From positions 62,001 to 126,000 of the forward strand of contig JBHGNT010000026.1 in the NCBI GenBank assembly GCA_043228905.1: 64,000 nt of DNA. The letters are read 5' to 3'. This document shows, in pieces, positions 53,330-64,000 of the stretch. The position numbers were made by a program, and so were the translations under genes. Under the pieces are notes generated by a model that worked only from the letters and a program-made list of their open reading frames with translations, was not told where the DNA came from and did not search any database. The stretch comes from Azolla caroliniana (Eukaryota; Plantae; Polypodiophyta). The stretch's first letter is position 1; each line of letters opens with the position of its first letter.

Positions 53330-54290
53330 TATGATATAGAATTAAAAAATCAAAATTTTGACACTCAGGTCGAGAGACATGACGAAATTACCAAATTTGA
53401 GGAGTGAGTTGAGAGGAGCCCTTGAGTAAATTAAAATGTTCATACATAGCGAGTGTGATATCGGATTTTTGTGTACAAACATGCGAATCGAAGCTAACAA
53501 CGCTAGCTATGATATGGAATTAAAAAATCAAGATTTTGAAACTCAGGTCGAGAGACATGACGAAATTACCAAATTTGAGGAGGGGGTTGAGAGGGGCCCT
53601 TGAGTAAATTAAAATGTTCATACCTAGCGAGTGTGATATCGGAATTTTGTGTTCAAACATGCGAATCAAACCTAACAACGCTAGCTATGATCTAGAATTA
53701 AAAAAGCAAGATTTTGAAACTCAGGTCGAGAGTCATGACGGAATTAGCATATTTGAGGAGGGAGTTAAGAAGAGCTATTAGGTAAATTAAAATGTTCATA
53801 CCTGGCTCGTGTGATATCGGATTTTTGTGTTCAAACATGCGAATCGAAGCTAACAACGCTAGCTATGATATAGAATTAAAAAATCAAGATTTTGACACTC
53901 AGGTCGAGAGACATGACGAAATTACCAAATTTGAGGAGTGAGTTGAGAGGAGCCCTTGAGTAAATTAAAATGTTCATACATAGCGAGTGTGATATCGGAT
54001 TTTTGTGTACAAACATGCGAATCGAAGCTAACAACGCTAGCTATGATATGGAATTAAAAAATCAAGATTTTGAAACTCAGGTCGAGAGACATGACGAAAT
54101 TACCAAATTTGAGGAGGGGGTTGAGAGGGGCCCTTGAGTAAATTAAAATGTTCATACCTAGCGAGTGTGATATCGGAATTTTGTGTTCAAACATGCGAAT
54201 CAAACCTAACAACGCTAGCTATGATCTAGAATTAAAAAAGCAAGATTTTGAAACTCAGGTCGAGAGTCATGACGGAATTAGCAAATTTGA
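53330..54290. repeat. 3-monomer (534 bp) local duplication
   Basis: The variant GAGGAGGGGGTTG is seen only at 53577 and 54111 (offset 534 = 3 x 178). Confidence 0.8.
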
Positions 54291-54313
54291 GGAGTGAGTT
54301 GAGAGGAGCCCTT

Positions 54314-54317
54314 GAGT
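54314..54317. other. Junction of a 27-bp deletion giving a 151-bp monomer (GAGT microhomology)
   Basis: Observed CCCTTGAGTGTGATATC versus normal CCCTTGAGT-AAATTAAAATGGTCATACCTAGCGAGT-GTGATATC. The phase step 54278 to 54429 is 151. Confidence 0.97.
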
Positions 54318-55562
54318 GTGATATCGGATTTTTGTGTACAAACATGCGAATCGAAGATAACAACGCTAGCTATCATATGGAATTGAAAAATCAAGATTTT
54401 GAAACTCAGGTCGAGAGACATGACGAAATTAGCAAATTTGAGGAGTGAGTTGAGAGAAGCCCTTGAGTAAATTAAAATGTTCATACCTAGCGAGTGTGAT
54501 ATCGGAATTTTGTGTACAAACATGCGAATCGAAGCTAACAACGCTAGCTATGATATGGAATTGAAAAATCAAGATTTTGAAACTCAGGTCGAGAGACATG
54601 ACGAAATTAGCAAATTTGAGGAGTGAGTTGAGAGAAGCCCTTGAGTAAATTAAAATGTTCATACCTAGCGAGTGTGATATCGGATTTTTGTTTACAAACA
54701 TGCGAATCGAAGCTAACAACGCTAGCTATGATCTAGAATTAAAAAAGCAAGATTTTGAAACTAAGGTCGAGAGACATGACGAAATTAGCAAATTTGAGGA
54801 GTGAGTTGAGAGGAGCCCTTGAGTAAATAAAAATGTTCATACCTAGCTCGTGTGATATCGGATTTTTGTGTTCAAACATGCGAATCGAAGCTAACAACGC
54901 TAGCTATGATATGGAATTACAAAATCAAGATTTTGAAACTCCAGGCGAGAGACATGACGAAATTACCAAATTTGAGGAGTGAGGTTGGAAGAGCGCGTGA
55001 GTGAATTAAAATGTTCATACCTGGCTCGTGTGATATCGGATTTTTGTGTTCAAACATGCGAATCGAAGCTAACAACGCTAGCTATGATATGGACTTAAAA
55101 AATCAAGATTTTGAAACTCAGGTCGAGAGACATGACGAAATTACCAACTTTGAGGAGTGAGTTGAGATGAGCCCTTGAGTATATTAAAATGGTCATACCT
55201 AGCGAGTGTGATATCGGATTTTTGTGTTCAAACATGCGAATCGAAGCCAACAACGCTAGCTATGATATGGACTTAAAAAATCAAGATTTTGAAACTCAGG
55301 TCGAGAGACATGACGAAATTACCAACTTTGAGGAGTGAGTTGAGATGAGCCCTTGAGTATATTAAAATGGTCATACCTAGCGAGTGTGATATCGGATTTT
55401 TGTGTTCAAACATGCGAATCGAAGCCAACAACGCTAGCTATGACATGGAATTAAAAAATCAAGATTATGAAACTCAGGTCGAGAGACATAACGAAATTAC
55501 CAAATTTGAGGAGGGAGTTAAGAAGAGCTATTAGGTAAATTAAAATGTTCATAGCTGGCTCG

Positions 55563-58500
55563 TGTGATATCGGATTTTTGTGTTCAAACATGCGAATCGA
55601 AGCTAACAACGCTAGCTATGATATAGAATTAAAAAATCAAGATTTTGACACTCAGGTCGAGAGACCTGACGAAATTACCAAATTTGAGGAGTGAGTTGAG
55701 AGGAGCCCTTGAGTAAATTAAAATGTTCATACATAGCGAGTGTGATATCGGATTTTTGTGTACAAACATGCGAATCGAAGCTCACAACGCTAGCCATGAC
55801 ATGGAATTAAAAAATCAAGATTATGAAACTCAGGTCGAGAGACATGACGAAATTACCAAATTTGAGGAGGGAGTTAAGAAGAGCTATTAGGTAAATTAAA
55901 ATGTTCATACCTGGCTCGTGTGATATCGGATTTTTGTGTTCAAACATGCGAATCGAAGCTAACAACGCTAGCTATGATCTAGAATTAAAAAAGCAAGATT
56001 TTGAAACTCAGGTCGAGAGACATGACGAAATTACCAACTTTGAGGAGTGAGTTGAGATGAGCCCTTGAGTATATTAAAATGGTCATACCTAGCGAGTGTG
56101 ATATCGGATTTTTGTGTTCAAACATGCGAATCGAAGCCAACAACGCTAGCTATGATATGGACTTAAAAAATCAAGATTTTGAAACTCAGGTCGAGAGACA
56201 TGACGAAATTACCAACTTTGAGGAGTGAGTTGAGATGAGCCCTTGAGTATATTAAAATGGTCATACCTAGCGAGTGTGATATCGGATTTTTGTGTTCAAA
56301 CATGCGAATCGAAGCCAACAACGCTAGCTATGACATGGAATTAAAAAATCAAGATTATGAAACTCAGGTCGAGAGACATGACGAAATTACCAAATTTGAG
56401 GAGGGAGTTAAGAAGAGCTATTAGGTAAATTAAAATGTTCATACCTGGCTCGTGTGATATCGGATTTTTGTGTTCAAACATGCGAATCGAAGCTAACAAC
56501 GTTAGCTATGATATAGAATTAAAAAATCAAAATTTTGACACTCAGGTCGAGAGACATGACGAAATTACCAAATTTGAGGAGTGAGTTGAGAGGAGCCCTT
56601 GAGTAAATTAAAATGTTCATACATAGCGAGTGTGATATCGGATTTTTGTGTACAAACATGCGAATCGAAGCTAACAACGCTAGCTATGATATGGAATTAA
56701 AAAATCAAGATTTTGAAACTCAGGTCGAGAGACATGACGAAATTACCAAATTTGAGGAGGGAGTTGAGAGGAGCCCTTGAGTAAATTAAAAGGGTCATAC
56801 CTAGCGAGTGTGATATCGGATTTTTGTGTACAAACATGCGAATCGAAGCTAACAACGCTAGCTATGATCTAGAATTAAAAAAGCAAGATTTTGAAACTCA
56901 GGTCGAGAGTCATGACGGAATTAGCAAATTTGAGGAGTGAGTTGAGAGGAGCCCTTGAGTAAATTAAAAGGGTCATACCTAGCGAGTGTGATATCGGATT
57001 TTTGTGTACAAACATGCGAATCGAAGCTAACAACGCTAGCTATCATATGGAATTGAAAAATCAAGATTTTGAAACTCAGGTCGAGAGACATGACGAAATT
57101 AGCAAATTTGAGGAGTGAGTTGAGAGAAGCCCTTGAGTAAATTAAAATGTTCATACCTAGCTCGTGTGATATCGGAATTTTGTGTACAAACATGCGAATC
57201 GAAGCTAACAACGCTAGCTATGATATGGAATTGAAAAATCAAGATTTTGAAACTCAGGTCGAGAGACATGACGAAATTACCAAATTTGAGGAGGGAGTTA
57301 AGAAGAGCTATTAGGTAAATTAAAATGTTCATACCTGGCTCGTGTGATATCGGATTTTTGTGTTCAAACATGCGAATCGAAGCTAACAACGCTGGCTATG
57401 ATATAGAATTAAAAAATCAAGATTTTGACACTCAGGTCGAGAGACATGACGAAATTACCAAATTTGAGGAGTGAGTTGAGAGGAGCCCTTGAGTAAATTA
57501 AAATGTTCATACATAGCGAGTGTGATATCGGATTTTTGTTTACAAACATGCGAATCGAAGCTAACAACGCTAGCTATGATATGGAATTAAAAAATCAAGA
57601 TTTTGAAACTAAGGTCGAGAGACATGACGAAATTACCAAATTTGAGGAGGGAGTTGAGAGGGGCCCTTGAGTAAATTAAAATGTTCATACCTAGCGAGTG
57701 TGATATCGGAATTTTGTGTTCAAACATGCGAATCAAACCTAACAACGCTAGCTATGATCTAGAATTAAAAAAGCAAGATTTTGAAACTCAGGTCGAGAGA
57801 CATGACGAAATTACCAACTTTGAGGAGTGAGTTGAGATGAGCCCTTGAGTATATTAAAATGGTCATACCTAGCGAGTGTGATATCGGATTTTTGTGTTCA
57901 AACATGCGAATCGAAGCCAACAACGCTAGCTATGATACGGACTTAAAAAATCAAGATTTTGAAACTCAGGTCGAGAGACATGACGAAATTACCAACTTTG
58001 AGGAGTGAGTTGAGATGAGCCCTTGAGTATATTAAAATGGTCATACCTAGCGAGTGTGATATCGGATTTTTGTGTTCAAACATGCGAATCGAAGCTAACA
58101 ACGCTAGCTATGATATAGAATTAAAAAATCAAGATTTTGACACTCAGGTCGAGAGACCTGACGAAATTACCAAATTTGAGGAGTGAGTTGAGAGGAGCCC
58201 TTGAGTAAATTAAAATGTTCATACATAGCGAGTGTGATATCGGATTTTTGTGTACAAACATGCGAATCGAAGCTAACAACGCTAGCCATGACATGGAATT
58301 AAAAAATCAAGATTATGAAACTCAGGTCGAGAGACATGACGAAATTACCAAATTTGAGGAGGGAGTTAAGAAGAGCTATTAGGTAAATTAAAATGTTCAT
58401 ACCTGGCTCGTGTGATATCGGATTTTTGTGTTCAAACATGCGAATCGAAGCTAACAACGCTAGCTATGATCTAGAATTAAAAAAGCAAGATTTTGAAACT

Positions 58501-61500
58501 CAGGTCGAGAGACATGACGAAATTACCAACTTTGAGGAGTGAGTTGAGATGAGCCCTTGAGTATATTAAAATGGTCATACCTAGCGAGTGTGATATCGGA
58601 TTTTTGTGTTCAAACATGCGAATCGAAGCCAACAACGCTAGCTATGATATGGACTTAAAAAATCAAGATTTTGAAACTCAGGTCGAGAGACATGACGAAA
58701 TTACCAACTTTGAGGAGTGAGTTGAGATGAGCCCTTGAGTATATTAAAATGGTCATACCTAGCGAGTGTGATATCGGATTTTTGTGTTCAAACATGCGAA
58801 TCGAAGCCAACAACGCTAGCTATGACATGGAATTAAAAAATCAAGATTATGAAACTCAGGTCGAGAGACATGACGAAATTACCAAATTTGAGGAGGGAGT
58901 TAAGAAGAGCTATTAGGTAAATTAAAATGTTCATACCTGGCTCGTGTGATATCGGATTTTTGTGTTCAAACATGCGAATCGAAGCTAACAACGTTAGCTA
59001 TGATATAGAATTAAAAAATCAAAATTTTGACACTCAGGTCGAGAGACATGACGAAATTACCAAATTTGAGGAGTGAGTTGAGAGGAGCCCTTGAGTAAAT
59101 TAAAATGTTCATACATAGCGAGTGTGATATCGGATTTTTGTGTACAAACATGCGAATCGAAGCTAACAACGCTAGCTATGATATGGAATTAAAAAATCAA
59201 GATTTTGAAACTCAGGTCGAGAGACATGACGAAATTACCAAATTTGAGGAGGGAGTTGAGAGGAGCCCTTGAGTAAATTAAAAGGGTCATACCTAGCGAG
59301 TGTGATATCGGATTTTTGTGTACAAACATGCGAATCGAAGCTAACAACGCTAGCTATGATCTAGAATTAAAAAAGCAAGATTTTGAAACTCAGGTCGAGA
59401 GTCATGACGGAATTAGCAAATTTGAGGAGTGAGTTGAGAGGAGCCCTTGAGTAAATTAAAAGGGTCATACCTAGCGAGTGTGATATCGGATTTTTGTGTA
59501 CAAACATGCGAATCGAAGCTAACAACGCTAGCTATCATATGGAATTGAAAAATCAAGATTTTGAAACTCAGGTCGAGAGACATGACGAAATTAGCAAATT
59601 TGAGGAGTGAGTTGAGAGAAGCCCTTGAGTAAATTAAAATGTTCATACCTAGCTCGTGTGATATCGGAATTTTGTGTACAAACATGCGAATCGAAGCTAA
59701 CAACGCTAGCTATGATATGGAATTGAAAAATCAAGATTTTGAAACTCAGGTCGAGAGACATGACGAAATTACCAAATTTGAGGAGGGAGTTAAGAAGAGC
59801 TATTAGGTAAATTAAAATGTTCATACCTGGCTCGTGTGATATCGGATTTTTGTGTTCAAACATGCGAATCGAAGCTAACAACGCTGGCTATGATATAGAA
59901 TTAAAAAATCAAGATTTTGACACTCAGGTCGAGAGACATGACGAAATTACCAAATTTGAGGAGTGAGTTGAGAGGAGCCCTTGAGTAAATTAAAATGTTC
60001 ATACATAGCGAGTGTGATATCGGATTTTTGTTTACAAACATGCGAATCGAAGCTAACAACGCTAGCTATGATATGGAATTAAAAAATCAAGATTTTGAAA
60101 CTAAGGTCGAGAGACATGACGAAATTACCAAATTTGAGGAGGGAGTTGAGAGGGGCCCTTGAGTAAATTAAAATGTTCATACCTAGCGAGTGTGATATCG
60201 GAATTTTGTGTTCAAACATGCGAATCAAACCTAACAACGCTAGCTATGATCTAGAATTAAAAAAGCAAGATTTTGAAACTCAGGTCGAGAGACATGACGA
60301 AATTACCAACTTTGAGGAGTGAGTTGAGATGAGCCCTTGAGTATATTAAAATGGTCATACCTAGCGAGTGTGATATCGGATTTTTGTGTTCAAACATGCG
60401 AATCGAAGCCAACAACGCTAGCTATGATACGGACTTAAAAAATCAAGATTTTGAAACTCAGGTCGAGAGACATGACGAAATTACCAACTTTGAGGAGTGA
60501 GTTGAGATGAGCCCTTGAGTATATTAAAATGGTCATACCTAGCGAGTGTGATATCGGATTTTTGTGTTCAAACATGCGAATCGAAGCTAACAACGCTAGC
60601 TATGATATAGAATTAAAAAATCAAGATTTTGACACTCAGGTCGAGAGACCTGACGAAATTACCAAATTTGAGGAGTGAGTTGAGAGGAGCCCTTGAGTAA
60701 ATTAAAATGTTCATACATAGCGAGTGTGATATCGGATTTTTGTGTACAAACATGCGAATCGAAGCTAACAACGCTAGCCATGACATGGAATTAAAAAATC
60801 AAGATTATGAAACTCAGGTCGAGAGACATGACGAAATTACCAAATTTGAGGAGGGAGTTAAGAAGAGCTATTAGGTAAATTAAAATGTTCATACCTGGCT
60901 CGTGTGATATCGGATTTTTGTGTTCAAACATGCGAATCGAAGCTAACAACGCTAGCTATGATCTAGAATTAAAAAAGCAAGATTTTGAAACTCAGGTCGA
61001 GAGACATGACGAAATTACCAACTTTGAGGAGTGAGTTGAGATGAGCCCTTGAGTATATTAAAATGGTCATACCTAGCGAGTGTGATATCGGATTTTTGTG
61101 TTCAAACATGCGAATCGAAGCCAACAACGCTAGCTATGATATGGACTTAAAAAATCAAGATTTTGAAACTCAGGTCGAGAGACATGACGAAATTACCAAC
61201 TTTGAGGAGTGAGTTGAGATGAGCCCTTGAGTATATTAAAATGGTCATACCTAGCGAGTGTGATATCGGATTTTTGTGTTCAAACATGCGAATCGAAGCC
61301 AACAACGCTAGCTATGACATGGAATTAAAAAATCAAGATTATGAAACTCAGGTCGAGAGACATGACGAAATTACCAAATTTGAGGAGGGAGTTAAGAAGA
61401 GCTATTAGGTAAATTAAAATGTTCATACCTGGCTCGTGTGATATCGGATTTTTGTGTTCAAACATGCGAATCGAAGCTAACAACGTTAGCTATGATATAG

Positions 61501-63079
61501 AATTAAAAAATCAAAATTTTGACACTCAGGTCGAGAGACATGACGAAATTACCAAATTTGAGGAGTGAGTTGAGAGGAGCCCTTGAGTAAATTAAAATGT
61601 TCATACATAGCGAGTGTGATATCGGATTTTTGTGTACAAACATGCGAATCGAAGCTAACAACGCTAGCTATGATATGGAATTAAAAAATCAAGATTTTGA
61701 AACTCAGGTCGAGAGACATGACGAAATTACCAAATTTGAGGAGGGAGTTGAGAGGAGCCCTTGAGTAAATTAAAAGGGTCATACCTAGCGAGTGTGATAT
61801 CGGATTTTTGTGTACAAACATGCGAATCGAAGCTAACAACGCTAGCTATGATCTAGAATTAAAAAAGCAAGATTTTGAAACTCAGGTCGAGAGTCATGAC
61901 GGAATTAGCAAATTTGAGGAGTGAGTTGAGAGGAGCCCTTGAGTAAATTAAAAGGGTCATACCTAGCGAGTGTGATATCGGATTTTTGTGTACAAACATG
62001 CGAATCGAAGCTAACAACGCTAGCTATCATATGGAATTGAAAAATCAAGATTTTGAAACTCAGGTCGAGAGACATGACGAAATTAGCAAATTTGAGGAGT
62101 GAGTTGAGAGAAGCCCTTGAGTAAATTAAAATGTTCATACCTAGCTCGTGTGATATCGGAATTTTGTGTACAAACATGCGAATCGAAGCTAACAACGCTA
62201 GCTATGATATGGAATTGAAAAATCAAGATTTTGAAACTCAGGTCGAGAGACATGACGAAATTACCAAATTTGAGGAGGGAGTTAAGAAGAGCTATTAGGT
62301 AAATTAAAATGTTCATACCTGGCTCGTGTGATATCGGATTTTTGTGTTCAAACATGCGAATCGAAGCTAACAACGCTGGCTATGATATAGAATTAAAAAA
62401 TCAAGATTTTGACACTCAGGTCGAGAGACATGACGAAATTACCAAATTTGAGGAGTGAGTTGAGAGGAGCCCTTGAGTAAATTAAAATGTTCATACATAG
62501 CGAGTGTGATATCGGATTTTTGTTTACAAACATGCGAATCGAAGCTAACAACGCTAGCTATGATATGGAATTAAAAAATCAAGATTTTGAAACTAAGGTC
62601 GAGAGACATGACGAAATTACCAAATTTGAGGAGGGAGTTGAGAGGGGCCCTTGAGTAAATTAAAATGTTCATACCTAGCGAGTGTGATATCGGAATTTTG
62701 TGTTCAAACATGCGAATCAAACCTAACAACGCTAGCTATGATCTAGAATTAAAAAAGCAAGATTTTGAAACTCAGGTCGAGAGACATGACGAAATTACCA
62801 ACTTTGAGGAGTGAGTTGAGATGAGCCCTTGAGTATATTAAAATGGTCATACCTAGCGAGTGTGATATCGGATTTTTGTGTTCAAACATGCGAATCGAAG
62901 CCAACAACGCTAGCTATGATACGGACTTAAAAAATCAAGATTTTGAAACTCAGGTCGAGAGACATGACGAAATTACCAACTTTGAGGAGTGAGTTGAGAT
63001 GAGCCCTTGAGTATATTAAAATGGTCATACCTAGCGAGTGTGATATCGGATTTTTGTGTTCAAACATGCGAATCGAAGC
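55563..63079. repeat. 14-mer higher-order repeat (2492 bp), three near-identical copies
   Basis: GAGACCTGAC lies at 55661/58153/60645. AACGTTAGC, AACGCTGGCT and GATACGG each occur three times at 2492 spacing. ORFs lie at 56921/59413/61905. Confidence 0.95.
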
Positions 63080-64000
63080 CAACAACGCTAGCTATGACAT
63101 GGAATTAAAAAATCAAGATTATGAAACTCAGGTCGAGAGACATGACGAAATTACCAAATTTGAGGAGGGAGTTAAGAAGAGCTATTAGGTAAATTAAAAT
63201 GTTCATACCTGGCTCGTGTGATATCGGATTTTTGTGTTCAAACATGCGAATCGAAGCTAACAACGCTAGCTATGATATGGAATTACAAAATCAAGATTTT
63301 GAAACTCCAGGCGAGAGACATGACGAAATTACCAAATTTGAGGAGTGAGGTTGGAAGAGCGCGTGAGTGAATTAAAATGTTCATACCTGGCTCGTGTGAT
63401 ATCGGATTTTTGTGTTCAAACATGCGAATCGAAGCTAACAACGCTAGCTATGATATGGACTTAAAAAATCAAGATTTTGAAACTCAGGTCGAGAGACATG
63501 ACGAAATTACCAACTTTGAGGAGTGAGTTGAGATGAGCCCTTGAGTATATTAAAATGGTCATACCTAGCGAGTGTGATATCGGATTTTTGTGTTCAAACA
63601 TGCGAATCGAAGCCAACAACGCTAGCTATGATATGGACTTAAAAAATCAAGATTTTGAAACTCAGGTCGAGAGACATGACGAAATTAGCAAATTTGAGGA
63701 GTGAGTTGAGAGGAGCCCTTGAGTAAATTAAAATGGTCATACCTAGCGAGTGTGATATCGGATTTTTGTGTACAAACATGCGAATCGAAGCTAACAACGC
63801 TAGCCATGACATGGAATTAAAAAATCAAGATTATGAAACTCAGGTCGAGAGACATGACGAAATTACCAAATTTGAGGAGGGAGTTAAGAAGAGCTATTAG
63901 GTAAATTAAAATGTTCATACCTGGCTCGTGTGATATCGGATTTTTGTGTTCAAACATGCGAATCGAAGCTAACAACGATAGCTATGATATAGAATTAAAA

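Larger units (their letters stand above)
8873..64000. repeat. 178-bp tandem satellite array, main homogeneous family (right segment, about 310 monomers, continues beyond the window)
   Basis: Uninterrupted 178-bp periodicity. 54278-10312 = 43966 = 247 x 178 exactly. There is a single 151-bp step at about 54315. Confidence 0.99.

Noticed and set aside
937-62373. About 100 near-identical 64-96 aa ORFs (MLASIRMFVHK..., MKLRSRDMTK...) suggesting a tandem gene family
   Set aside because: They overlap each other in shifting frames because 178 is not a multiple of 3. They appear or disappear with single satellite SNPs, show no recognisable domain, and have no separate promoter or intergenic sequence. 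They are repeat artefacts.
31500-63079. HOR periods being multiples of 7 monomers (7, 14, 21)
   Set aside because: Offsets of 3, 6, 8, 9, 11, 16, 30 and 32 monomers also occur, so there is no consistent rule.
1-64000. CRISPR-like array (conserved segments alternating with a variable box)
   Set aside because: The variable box has only a few recurring, mutually alignable haplotypes rather than unique spacers. The 178-bp period is too long, and there are no cas genes or leader.

Overview
The whole 64 kb window is non-coding satellite DNA: about 360 head-to-tail copies of an AT-rich 178-bp monomer, all in one orientation. The consensus is approximately TTAAAAAATCAAGATTTTGAAACTCAGGTCGAGAGACATGACGAAATTAGCAAATTTGAGGAGTGAGTTGAGAGGAGCCCTTGAGTAAATTAAAATGTTCATACCTAGCGAGTGTGATATCGGATTTTTGTGTACAAACATGCGAATCGAAGCTAACAACGCTAGCTATGATATGGAA. 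Monomer length, homogeneity and higher-order repeats (HORs) fit a eukaryotic, probably plant, (peri)centromeric satellite. That assignment is inference; I do not recognise the family or species, and it does not look like Arabidopsis CEN178. I see no genes, RNA genes, transposons or CRISPR arrays, and every ORF in the track is a by-product of the repeat. The main internal features are: (1) a 1.7-kb island (about 7159-8872) of an older, diverged sister satellite embedded in the homogeneous array, with microhomology and templated-duplication junctions and internal rearrangements; (2) two independent deletions of exactly 27 bp, each with 4-bp microhomology, which are the only phase shifts in the main array; (3) a succession of local HORs (21-mer, 16-mer, 6-mer, 3-mer, 14-mer) that appear to derive from one ancestral 9-monomer order. 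All comparisons were done by eye and by coordinate arithmetic.
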